A stretch of 49,656 bases of DNA from Cyanobacteria bacterium P01_D01_bin.156. GTDB taxonomy: Bacteria; Cyanobacteriota; Cyanobacteriia; Phormidesmidales; Phormidesmidaceae. This document shows, piece after piece, positions 37,501-45,897 of the stretch (the stretch's first letter is position 1; each line of letters starts with the position of its first letter). The stretch lies in the NCBI GenBank assembly GCA_039024555.1, contig JBCCQQ010000048.1, forward strand, positions 1 to 49,656. The letters are read 5' to 3'. The position numbers and the translations under genes are program-made. The notes under the pieces are model-generated. The model was not told the DNA's origin and ran no database searches. It saw only the letters and a list, made by a program, of their open reading frames with translations.

Positions 37501-38132
37501 ACCATAGCCCACAGCTGATACTGCTGATAGTTGATAACATCAGCCCCCACCATCATCAGAGATGCCAGGTAGAGCATCACCAACACAATGGCACCAGCAT
37601 AGGTAATGGCAATGCTACGAGTACGGGCAGCAATGGCAAATGCGATCGCACTCACCACCAACAGATTCGGTAAAGCGATTAGTCCGTAGGCGGCCAAATA
37701 GGCTTCTAAACGTAATGGACCCAATGCATAGGGATTTAACCCTGGAAACAACGTGCCCAGAATCATGCCAGGGATATAGCAAGAAAATGCCAGCACCGTC
37801 ACACTAAAGGCCGAACCAAATCGGGTAGCCAAATAATCCCACTTACGAATGGGAGTCGCTAAAATCAGTGACTCCATACGAGTATTGCTGTCGCGGACAA
37901 ATGTCTCGGCAACAAAGGCTGAAGCTGCCAAGATACCAAAAATCGTATACCAGATTGTTGTTTGAAAAATCTGCGAAGGGCTATTGACAAAAAAGAATGC
38001 GTTCCCTTCACTCGCCTTAGAAACAATATCTACCAGGCCAATGGTAAAGAATAGTCCGGCAATCAACCAAAACGTAGGGCGACGTAGATGATAGCGAATC
38101 TCGAAGAGAAAAACAGCAACTGTAGAAGACAT
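34554..38132 (-). CDS. ABC-2 permease fused to an M1 aminopeptidase-like domain (HEXXH lost)
   Basis: Two permease halves (RDSNTRMESLILATPI; RDRTLRLQSVIDATPV) followed by an M1-like region (FGPYSFDQVRVVEF, HKGSMIL); start taken at MSSTVAVF. Confidence 0.9.
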   Translation of the reverse strand: MSSTVAVFLFEIRYHLRRPTFWLIAGLFFTIGLVDIVSKASEGNAFFFVNSPSQIFQTTIWYTIFGILAASAFVAETFVRDSNTRMESLILATPIRKWDYLATRFGSAFSVTVLAFSCYIPGMILGTLFPGLNPYALGPLRLEAYLAAYGLIALPNLLVVSAIAFAIAARTRSIAITYAGAIVLVMLYLASLMMVGADVINYQQYQLWAMVDPFGFYAFEAKTLTWTVHQHNTQMPTLGGTLAWNRLLWLGIGAITWAASYISYAMQPYVGRKRQKRKSGSSQITDLRYIPLPAESQPVGLRASLQQWLIRTGFEMRTVLHGKAFWLLTAFGLISLVMAAVGSQSFNYSNPSTDILIHSANIYLDYILFAIIVVYAAELMWRDRTLRLQSVIDATPVANGVLLLSKLTALFAIITLNLLLAMAVLVAYQILSGYTQFEFPLYFQMLFGEHGPYYYLTAILALFTQVITRHKYAGMGLAVLISLIHIPLDALGFYHNLYRWAATNDIEYSLMNGYGHLFTGHLWYSLYWGIVGGILMLVAYVLWPRGGGRSLRRAWRLAGKRIKQLIAALAIVWTAVGSWIIYNTTIVNAYQPPGKEQTAAEIERRFKQYENLPMPVVTHTQLNIELYPDQRYFQAEGEYQLKNNTNQSINEIHLLTFINLKLGDVIYPGATLREAHPDWGYYIYDLATPLLPGEQQTLKFETQTERPRGFQNHVDSDDVYMVYPNDVVGNGTNLYSPFILPFIGYTKMVEHKKAWLRAKLDLPPLDERMRPHDDPIGLNQAMMLTHLGWSTTDVTIGTSNEQTPVSTGQLVDRWSENGRNYARYQSQPNSRGKFTIYSGEYAIHRDDSYRVPIEIYYHPQHSDNIELITQHVGQALTFYEDTFGPYSFDQVRVVEFVYYDGMVFSEGGTLGIPEVLVWKSQAQGLGKDHIIDWVTYLLAQAWWEDQLIAADVAGGMTLREALSTYASNLYMRSQRTPEQQELAQRQRMRDFFRSLGKIDFKEPPLVDIYNELPIARHKGSMILELIEDQIGQDALLDGIQSFLQRYHYQSAPYATVLDLRDTILAQADEPDQQTIIRELFAQVVTYQVGLADATYTPRSDGKFDVQLTLEAQKLRSSGLGQQQAMPIDLPVTIRLADENNQLIHVARPLLTSSQMILTLVLDQQPASAKIDPTYKLPSAYLQDNIKQFRLGL

Positions 38133-38206
38133 AGGAGCAACCGAAATAATGTAGAGGTAGGTCTTGTGCTTACTCAAATACAGCACATCCGCAAGCAATC
38201 AGACAT

Positions 38207-39085
38207 TCAAGACACTAGCGCAACAGGTGTTTTCATTAGCGCTATAAAATAAACGTCATTCAGATCAGGTTCGACTCCCTCAAAGCCCTCCCCCGGGTAT
38301 GTCTCACTCCATATCCGAACAGAGCGCTGCCCTCGCACCATTCGCGAAATAATCACCTGCCAATCGGATTCAATATCGTCTGAACTATTGACCCACCTAG
38401 TCCAAACCTGACCTTGCAAAGCATCTATTAACTCAAGGGGGCTACCCTGACGAACAATCTGCCCCTGTTGTAGAATCGCCATCTGAGTACATAGCTCAGC
38501 CACATCTTCAACAATATGGGTGGACAACAACAGTACTCGCTCTTGAGCGATCTCCGCCAACAGGTTTTGAAATCGGATCCGCTCCGTGGGATCTAATCCA
38601 GCTGTTGGTTCGTCAACAATTACCAATTTAGGTTCTCCCAATAGAGCCTGGGCAATCCCAAACCGCTGACGCATACCGCCAGAAAAAGTACCTAACAGTT
38701 GACGCCGTTGTTCGTAAAGGTTAACAAGGTGTAGCTGATGACCCACCAATTCACGTCGCTGACGAGCATTGGTAAATCCCTTAAAGACAGCAAGCTGATT
38801 CAGTAGTTCTTCAGCAGAGACATTTGGATATACACCAAAATCTTGAGGTAGATATCCCAGCTGACATCGGGCTAATTGAGGCTCTTTTAGAACGTCAATC
38901 CCCTTCAGTGTAATCGAACCGCTATCAGCATCCTGCAAAGTAGCCAACGTACGCATTAAGGACGACTTTCCTGCACCATTGGGACCAAGCAGCCCGAAAA
39001 CGCCTTTATCAATCTCTAGTGAGATATCTGCCAGTGCTTGAATACCGTTTGAATACGTCTTATTGAGATTGCGAATAGTAAGCAT
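38207..39085 (-). CDS. ABC transporter ATP-binding protein
   Basis: GPNGAGKS, FSGGMRQR, IVDEPT, STH; start taken at MLTIRNL (ORF extends to 39121). Confidence 0.95.
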   Translation of the reverse strand: MLTIRNLNKTYSNGIQALADISLEIDKGVFGLLGPNGAGKSSLMRTLATLQDADSGSITLKGIDVLKEPQLARCQLGYLPQDFGVYPNVSAEELLNQLAVFKGFTNARQRRELVGHQLHLVNLYEQRRQLLGTFSGGMRQRFGIAQALLGEPKLVIVDEPTAGLDPTERIRFQNLLAEIAQERVLLLSTHIVEDVAELCTQMAILQQGQIVRQGSPLELIDALQGQVWTRWVNSSDDIESDWQVIISRMVRGQRSVRIWSETYPGEGFEGVEPDLNDVYFIALMKTPVALVS

Positions 39086-39296
39086 ATTTTCAACCACCAC
39101 TTTATATGAGGCAGTGTTCAAGTCTTTAGTCGTTTATAAACCGTCAACATCTTTAATAATGAACTGTTCCCAGTATTGATGAAATAGCTCAATCAGTGAT
39201 AACGGCCACTCCCCTGAAGAGCCATAAATGAGCTCACCCTAGAGACAATCATATTAGATCGACTCGGTATAACTACATAGATACAGCTTTTTCACA

Positions 39297-39315
39297 AATA
39301 AGATAGATTCTCATT
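39297..39315. promoter_or_regulatory. Fur-box-like site upstream of the ABC operon
   Basis: Reverse complement AATGAGAATCTATCTTATT vs AATGAGAATnATTCTCATT. Confidence 0.4.
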
Positions 39316-39475
39316 ATTTTTTTTAATATCAAATATCCTTTAGCAGGCTAGGTCAAGATTTTTGGCAACTATTATTTTCTTTAACTAAAGACTGGCTTTG
39401 AAGTATTTGGGTTATTTTTAAGTCTCTTCAAGAGCTATCAAAATCAATTTCCATGAAAAATTTATTAAAGTTTTC

Positions 39476-39492
39476 TTGAGACTCATTCTCAA
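39476..39492. promoter_or_regulatory. Fur-box-like palindrome overlapping the ferredoxin promoter
   Basis: TTGAGACTCATTCTCAA (one mismatch to TTGAGAATnATTCTCAA); TACAAT at 39501. Confidence 0.55.
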
Positions 39493-39537
39493 TTGAGGCT
39501 TACAATGTAGAACTAAATTGAAGAATAATGGCCCACC

Positions 39538-39837
39538 ATGAAAAATTTTCTAGTTACTCTGAAAAATCCATCTACTAATCAAGAACAAACTATCTCAGTA
39601 CCGGAGGATGAGTATATTTTAGATGCGGCTGAAGATGCCGGTATAGATATTCCTTACTCCTGTAGAGCAGGGGCTTGTTGTGTGTGTGCAGCAAAAGTTT
39701 TATCGGGAACTGTAGATCAGTCTGATCAATCATTTTTGGACGATAATCAGATAGAAAAGGGCTATGCCCTTATTTGTGTTGCCTACCCAACATCCGATTG
39801 TACAATTCAAACGTTTGCAGAAGATGAACTTTTCTAG
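39538..39837 (+). CDS. petF: Plant-type 2Fe-2S ferredoxin (PetF-like paralog)
   Basis: [40 protein letters not shown]. Confidence 0.95.
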   Translation: MKNFLVTLKNPSTNQEQTISVPEDEYILDAAEDAGIDIPYSCRAGACCVCAAKVLSGTVDQSDQSFLDDNQIEKGYALICVAYPTSDCTIQTFAEDELF

Positions 39838-39866
39838 AGCGTTTACTCATTTGTCTTTGAATACGC

Positions 39867-40094
39867 TCAAGCTAATGAGCCATCTGGCAACAGCGTCACT
39901 GTCACTGAACCAATCCGTACCAGATACCGACAGTCTTCCGATATAACAGTTTTAATTTGAACCGGCATTACCCCATTAGGAGGAAAAGCCCACCACTCAC
40001 CATTTAAACGAAATGGATCGCTGTAGCCATTCTGCTCGCACCAATCTTGGCAAACACCATTTATAGCGTCACCAAGATCAGAGTATTGGAACAT
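39867..40094 (-). CDS. Small hypothetical protein, apparently of a conserved cyanobacterial type
   Basis: WCEQNGYSDPF..GEWWAFPPNGVMPV motif, recognised from memory. Confidence 0.7.
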   Translation of the reverse strand: MFQYSDLGDAINGVCQDWCEQNGYSDPFRLNGEWWAFPPNGVMPVQIKTVISEDCRYLVRIGSVTVTLLPDGSLA

Positions 40095-40246
40095 ATATAC
40101 GGCCTCTATTCACAGACATAAGTAGGAGCATAGCATCATTAAAACTGTCGACGGCCTAACTTGGTCAGGAGAACAACTTAAAAGAGCTTTTAGGATGAAG
40201 AATTTCATAACCTCGGGCCTGACACTGAAGTATCTGTAGCTTCCAA

Positions 40247-40684
40247 CTAATGGTGAAGTGAAGCCGGACAACCAAATAACGCGTGAATTTGATTAGCAAT
40301 GTATTTTAACTGCTGTTGGCAGGTATCTGTCGGTAGGGAATCTCCATAGAATCGCCAATCAGTCACGCTAGAGAATCTCCAATACTGATTTCGATAACCA
40401 TGACCATAGGCTTTAACACCATGAAAGCTGTTATTTTCCTCTGAGAGTTTATGCAAAAAACAGGCTTGCAATAAAACACAGCCACAGCTCAGATAAGCGT
40501 GCCAATCTGAAAACGAAAAGGCAAAGTCTAGAGAGTTCGGATCCCAATCCTGTTGCGTTTGTTCATCCATGCTCCAGGGACTCAAGTCCACATTTGTTGA
40601 TGGAAATTCTGAACGAAAAAGAACCGGGATACTGGCAATTTTACTCATTGCACCGATAGACACGGCTTGGGTACTGGCATTCAT
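40247..40684 (-). CDS. Hypothetical protein, apparently of a conserved cyanobacterial type
   Basis: MNAS..SKIA..FRSEFP..DLSPW..DPNSLD..QYWRFSSV; start taken at MNAS. Confidence 0.7.
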   Translation of the reverse strand: MNASTQAVSIGAMSKIASIPVLFRSEFPSTNVDLSPWSMDEQTQQDWDPNSLDFAFSFSDWHAYLSCGCVLLQACFLHKLSEENNSFHGVKAYGHGYRNQYWRFSSVTDWRFYGDSLPTDTCQQQLKYIANQIHALFGCPASLHH

Positions 40685-40843
40685 AAAAAATATATCACTC
40701 GCAACTGACTTGAAAAATATGGTTGACATTCGCAGCTTATTGAGATTATATGTCAATAGTGCAGTGTTAATCAAGCATAGTAAACATCGTTTTTGGTTTG
40801 TTTCCTATCGCTGTTTGTATAAAACTTTATTAGGAAGGTATTT

Positions 40844-41884
40844 ATGGGAATCTACGCTGAAGAGCTTAGAAGCACCGCTAAATCTATAGTCCAGAAAGGA
40901 AAAGGGATTTTGGCTATGGATGAAAGCAATGGAACCTGCAACAAACGGTTCGATGCTTTAAGTATTCCAACCACTGAAGTTTCACGCCAAGCTTATCGCG
41001 AATTAATCTTAACTGTTCCAGGATTGTCGGAATATATTAGTGGTCCCATTCTTTATGATGAGACTATTCGTCAAACCAGCAAAGCGGGTGTTCCTTTTCT
41101 AAAGGTCATTGCTGACGCAGGCATGATTCCTGGAATCAAAGTAGATACCGGTGCCAAAGACATGGCTGGTCATCCTGGTGAGAAAGTTACTGAAGGTCTG
41201 GATGGTCTGAGAGATCGCATTGCTGAGTACTATAAGATGGGTGCTCGATTTGCTAAATGGCGTGCTGTTATTACCATTAGCGATGGTATTCCTAGCCGTG
41301 CTTGCATTGAAGCCAATGCCCACGGACTGGCCCGCTATGCAGCCCTTTGTCAGGAAGGCGGCTTAGTGCCCATCGTAGAACCTGAAGTCCTAATCGATGG
41401 GGATCATACAATCGAGCGTTGTTATCAGGTCACTGATGAGACTCTAGATGCTGTTTTCGCTCAGCTCTACACCCAGGGTGTGGCATATGATCAAATGGTT
41501 TTGAAGCCCAGTATGGTAATTGCTGGTAAGGCTTGCCCGCAACAGGCTACTGTTGAAGAAGTTGCTGAAGCGACTATTCGTTGTTTATTGAAGAATGTTC
41601 CTGCTACTGTAGCGGGTATTGCGTTCCTGTCTGGTGGACAGACTAAGGAGCAATCTTCAGCCCATCTGAATGCAATGCATACTCTTTTTGGTGATCGTTT
41701 GCCTTGGCCTGTTACCTTCTCCTATGCGCGTGCTATCCAACAGCCTGCACTAAATCACTGGTCTGGCAAGGATGCGAATGTAGCAGAAGCTCAAAAGCGT
41801 TTGCTAGAGCGTGCTAAGTTCAACAGCTTGGCTAGCAAAGGCGAGTACAGCAGTGGTCTTGAAAAGCAGCTTGCTGCAGTTTAG
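40844..41884 (+). CDS. fda: Class I fructose-bisphosphate aldolase
   Basis: GILAMDES, GIKVD, TEGLDGL, FAKWR, PIVEPE, LKPSM (Schiff-base Lys), FLSGGQ, TFSYARA. Confidence 0.97.
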   Translation: MGIYAEELRSTAKSIVQKGKGILAMDESNGTCNKRFDALSIPTTEVSRQAYRELILTVPGLSEYISGPILYDETIRQTSKAGVPFLKVIADAGMIPGIKVDTGAKDMAGHPGEKVTEGLDGLRDRIAEYYKMGARFAKWRAVITISDGIPSRACIEANAHGLARYAALCQEGGLVPIVEPEVLIDGDHTIERCYQVTDETLDAVFAQLYTQGVAYDQMVLKPSMVIAGKACPQQATVEEVAEATIRCLLKNVPATVAGIAFLSGGQTKEQSSAHLNAMHTLFGDRLPWPVTFSYARAIQQPALNHWSGKDANVAEAQKRLLERAKFNSLASKGEYSSGLEKQLAAV

Positions 41885-41986
41885 CGCGGTATAACAACTG
41901 CGCTAAATGAATAGGTAATCAAATATCCTCTCTCAACCTGACGGTGGAAAGAAAGAAGTAAGCGCGGCTTTTTTTCCACCGTTTTT
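41880..41986. terminator. Two hairpins between convergent aldolase and devA
   Basis: TTTAGCGCGG..CTGCGCTAAA (41880-41907) and ACGGTGGAAA..TTTCCACCGT followed by a T run (41941-41986). Confidence 0.6.
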
Positions 41987-42101
41987 CTTATTTTTCAGAA
42001 ATCTCGCCATTGCTAATTTATAGGATGCAGCAACCTATAGACCTCGCCAGTTGTCTGGTTGTGACCAATAAAATTCTTCTGAGAATTAGCAACGCCAAGA
42101 T

Positions 42102-42773
42102 TTATTTTAAGCGACCATCTTCCATGTGGAGAATTTGGTCAGCAACATCGAAGATACGGTGATCGTGGGTCACTAGCAGTACGGTACAGCCGTCTTCGCG
42201 GGCTAAACGTTGCATGATTTCTACAACATCTCGACCAGTTTGACTATCTAAGGACGAAGTAGGCTCATCGGCCAACACTAATTTAGGTTTACTGACCAGA
42301 GCTCGAGCGATCGCAACCCGTTGTTTTTGCCCTCCAGAAAGATTTTCTGGATAGGCATCTAGTTTATCTCCCAGGCCCACAGCATTGAGAATAGCAACCG
42401 CATGGGAGCGATAGTCTCGTTTAGAAATATGAGGATGTAGACGCAATGAGGTACTGACATTTTCCCAGGCACTGAGACACTTGAGTAAGTTATGGTGCTG
42501 AAAAATAAACCCAATCTGACTGCGAATACGCATAAGGTAAGAGGCGTTTGCACCCAATAGCTCTTGGTCAAATACCTGAAGACTACCCGTTTGCATACTG
42601 CGCAAAGCACCAATTAACGATAGCAATGTGGTTTTACCACTGCCAGATGGACCTTCTAAAAGAACAATCTCACCAGGATTTAGGATTAAATCAATATCTG
42701 ACAGGACTGCTTTGCGTAGATGATCTCGACCAAAGGCATAGGTAAGTTGATTTATAGCAACAACAGGCGACAT
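42102..42773 (-). CDS. devA: DevA-family ABC exporter ATP-binding protein
   Basis: [36 protein letters not shown]. Confidence 0.9.
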   Translation of the reverse strand: MSPVVAINQLTYAFGRDHLRKAVLSDIDLILNPGEIVLLEGPSGSGKTTLLSLIGALRSMQTGSLQVFDQELLGANASYLMRIRSQIGFIFQHHNLLKCLSAWENVSTSLRLHPHISKRDYRSHAVAILNAVGLGDKLDAYPENLSGGQKQRVAIARALVSKPKLVLADEPTSSLDSQTGRDVVEIMQRLAREDGCTVLLVTHDHRIFDVADQILHMEDGRLK

Positions 42774-43969
42774 TAAAATACCTCGGCGGGGTCAGCTGAA
42801 CGTAGCTTATTCATAGCGATCGCACCGGATACAGCACACATGACTAGGGTGAGCACAAATACTTGGACAGCAACAGCTGTTTTCATCGTTAGGGGCACTC
42901 GCGTAATTTGCACCAGCAGCTGATACACCCCATAGGAAGCAAAATAGCCAGGGACAAACCCTAATACCGCCAGAATAATCGCCTCTTGCAAAATCACTCC
43001 CAACAAAATCCTGTCAGAGTAGCCCATGGCCTTGAGCGTAGCGTACTCAGGAAGATGCTCACTAACATCGGTATATAACACCTGATAGACAATCACCACA
43101 CCAACAATAAACCCCATGACGGCACCAAAGTTAAGCACTTTGCCATTGGGTAATGAAGCCCGAAATGCCTGTTCGGCCTGGGCAAGTTCCGTCTGAGTCA
43201 GAACTTGAATAGACTTTGGTAACGTATTTTGGAGTCGAGTACGTACCTGTTCTAGATCGGCTCCAGGTTCTAAGGTTAAACATCCTACACTGACTCGATC
43301 TAGACTCTCCTGGCCATACCACTGGGTATAGTTCCAGTCGCTCATAACAATATGGCCATTATCAAAGAGCGTACTACCCAGACTAAACAGCCCCGTCACA
43401 TACACCCGGCGATTGCTCATTATGGTAGACACAATCTCCTGACGGTTAAATTGCTCAACAATGGGGCCTAGTTTTTCTTGCCCTAGACGATCGTACAGCA
43501 CAACTCCTGGACCGCTGATCCGATCAATTTGTTGATTAATTTCTGGAATTGCCAGTACTGGCTGATTAGGATTAAACGCTAAAATTTTGACTTGGTTAGG
43601 AAATAACTTAAATTCCAGGGTATCTGGTTGAGATAATTCTTCAGGATTTACCCAGTTAGAGAATTCAATATATAGAGGACTGGCTGCCTCTACTCCGTCA
43701 ACGGCATTAGCCTGGTAAAGATAGATTTTAGGAATATGGCCCAGGTCAATATTAGGGGCATAGGCGGATACTAAAAATAAATCTCCCTGCAGATGATCGG
43801 GAACTAGGGTAACCCCATCAAACAACATGGCCCGTAATCCCAGCTGGGTAAAGATTAAAATGTTGGAAAAGGCTACACCCGTCAGGGCAACCAACAATCT
43901 CACTTTACGATGGGTAAGCTGAGCCCAACCCAAGGGTTTACAGGCCTGCCAGTAGGTCCTAAGAGACAT
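42773..43969 (-). CDS. devC: DevC-family ABC exporter permease (FtsX-like)
   Basis: LGWAQL..RLLVAL.GVAF; VIVYQVLYTDVSEHLPEYATLKAMGY; KLRSADPAEVF. Confidence 0.92.
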   Translation of the reverse strand: MSLRTYWQACKPLGWAQLTHRKVRLLVALTGVAFSNILIFTQLGLRAMLFDGVTLVPDHLQGDLFLVSAYAPNIDLGHIPKIYLYQANAVDGVEAASPLYIEFSNWVNPEELSQPDTLEFKLFPNQVKILAFNPNQPVLAIPEINQQIDRISGPGVVLYDRLGQEKLGPIVEQFNRQEIVSTIMSNRRVYVTGLFSLGSTLFDNGHIVMSDWNYTQWYGQESLDRVSVGCLTLEPGADLEQVRTRLQNTLPKSIQVLTQTELAQAEQAFRASLPNGKVLNFGAVMGFIVGVVIVYQVLYTDVSEHLPEYATLKAMGYSDRILLGVILQEAIILAVLGFVPGYFASYGVYQLLVQITRVPLTMKTAVAVQVFVLTLVMCAVSGAIAMNKLRSADPAEVF

Positions 43970-45192
43970 TACTTTGCTGATGCCTCCCCGTTAGGCTGAG
44001 TCGAATTAATCGTTGTTGGTGAGATATCAATGTCCACACGCACTTGCATATTGGTCAAGCTGGCCACTTTAGGGCTATCTTGTTCGTTGATTAAAATGCG
44101 TACTTCTACAACCCTTTGGTTTTCGTCAGTGGTGGGATTAGTAGAACCATCGGAAAGACTGCGGGAGCCAATTTGCAAACCAATATGTTCTACACTGCCC
44201 TGAATAGTACCGTCAAAGCCACCATATTCGCTAGTAATGGTAGCGGTCTGGCCAGGAATCACGCGGGTAATATCAGTTTCATATACTTCTGCGATCGCCA
44301 CCATCTGTCGCGTATTTCCCAGTTCCACAATCCCTTCTTGGGTGTTGACCCGTTCCCCAACTCGGGTATTGATGCGCAAAATCTGTCCAGCTACAGGTAC
44401 TCTCACCTGGGTGTCGGCTAAATCTGCTTGGCGTTGTTCTACGGCAATTTTAGCTCGCTCTAATTCTGCCTCAGCAACCCTTACATCCGTAGGACGCACT
44501 TCCGTCAGGTTTGCTAACATGTTACGTTCTCGCTCAATTTGCTCACTGAGGGTTTGTTGTGTACTAGCAAGTTGGGCCTGCCGCTGGGATAGGGTCGCTT
44601 GGGCACGGTCAAGGGACTCACGAGCCTGGTCCAACTGTGACTGACTCAAGGCACCGGACTCTACCAGATTCTGATTGCGATCGTAGGTTAGTTGGGCCTG
44701 GCGCACTTCAGCTTCGGCACTGCTAATGGCAGCTTCTCGTTCTAAAATCTCATTTCGCCGCTGGGCTCCCAGTCGTTCAATATTAGCGGCTTGAGCCGCA
44801 ATTTCAGCCTGTTTACCTTCACCTGCCAGCAGCTGGGCCAATCGTGCTTCATGTAGTTCGACTGTTTTTTGAGCCTCTTTTAGATCGCGACTGCGACGCT
44901 CAAACCCTTGTAATACAGCTATTACTTGATCAGCTTCAACAAAATCCCCCTCTTCCACCAAAATTTGATTGACACGACTATCTTCGGCGTTGGGTACCGA
45001 TAGCTTAATGACTTCTCCTGCAGGGCTTAACCGCCCTAGGGCCACTACTTGGGAAACGGCACTATCAACAGTTGATACATCGGACGGTGCTTGTTGGGAT
45101 TCTGGTTGAGCATTAGAAAGCTGGGAGCAATTAGAACAAAGCAGCCCCAGCAAGATTAATAGAACCCAACGAAAATAGGGAATTCGGGGCAT
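43969..45192 (-). CDS. devB: DevB-family membrane fusion protein (HlyD-like)
   Basis: VVALGRLSPAGEVIKLS, long coiled coil, AIAEVYETDI, LTNMQVRV. Confidence 0.9.
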   Translation of the reverse strand: MPRIPYFRWVLLILLGLLCSNCSQLSNAQPESQQAPSDVSTVDSAVSQVVALGRLSPAGEVIKLSVPNAEDSRVNQILVEEGDFVEADQVIAVLQGFERRSRDLKEAQKTVELHEARLAQLLAGEGKQAEIAAQAANIERLGAQRRNEILEREAAISSAEAEVRQAQLTYDRNQNLVESGALSQSQLDQARESLDRAQATLSQRQAQLASTQQTLSEQIERERNMLANLTEVRPTDVRVAEAELERAKIAVEQRQADLADTQVRVPVAGQILRINTRVGERVNTQEGIVELGNTRQMVAIAEVYETDITRVIPGQTATITSEYGGFDGTIQGSVEHIGLQIGSRSLSDGSTNPTTDENQRVVEVRILINEQDSPKVASLTNMQVRVDIDISPTTINSTQPNGEASAK

Positions 45193-45285
45193 AGTAGTCA
45201 GGGCTTAAGAAAACACACAACTGATACATAGCAAGGTTGATACATTCTATCTGACCAATCACTATCTAATGGATTTTCTACAGAC

Positions 45286-45301
45286 TTGCAAACATTTGCA
45301 A
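45286..45301. promoter_or_regulatory. Palindromic operator candidate upstream of devB
   Basis: TTGCAAA-CA-TTTGCAA, about 95 bp before the devB start. Confidence 0.35.
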
Positions 45302-45791
45302 ATAGGCCATAAATGATTTTCCCAAGAAGCTAGAGTTAGGAATTCGGAACGCCTATCCTTTCAACCTTTCGAATTTAGTCCTAACCAAGCAGCTTAAATT
45401 GAGACCCACGTCACTAACATATTCAGAGAGCAACAGCTCTGTTGGTAAGGGCTAGTACAAATAAAAAATCTGTGATTGAAACAACCGCATTTCAACCACA
45501 GATTATGTACCGAGTGAATCGTTAGAAGCTAAGCAAGCGGTCAAAATATGTCCCGCAAAGCTAACCTTCTAGATGCAAGCCATTAGCAAAAGAAAATGCC
45601 TGCCAGCAAAATTAGGTCAGGCATTCTAACTATTTGACCCAATATATAGTCTACAGAATCTTGATCATATTGGGAATTATTTTCATTAATAAAAATTAGA
45701 GATTGTTCAATCTATTCAGCTACGCCATAGATTTTTCATACGCCCTAAAGCAAGAACATATTTATTAGGTAATTGCTTTACAAACAAAATA

Positions 45792-45844
45792 GGTAGATAA
45801 GCCTCAGCCCACTTAGTAGTACAGAGGTGGCTGACTTATCTACC
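45792..45844 (-). terminator. Imperfect hairpin downstream of the RTX-type gene
   Basis: GGTAGATAAG..TCAGCCCAC...GTGGCTGA-CTTATCTACC. Confidence 0.5.
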
Positions 45845-45897
45845 CATACATTATTGTCAAGCCGGACAGGTTACCCCATCCGGTTCATTAACACCAG

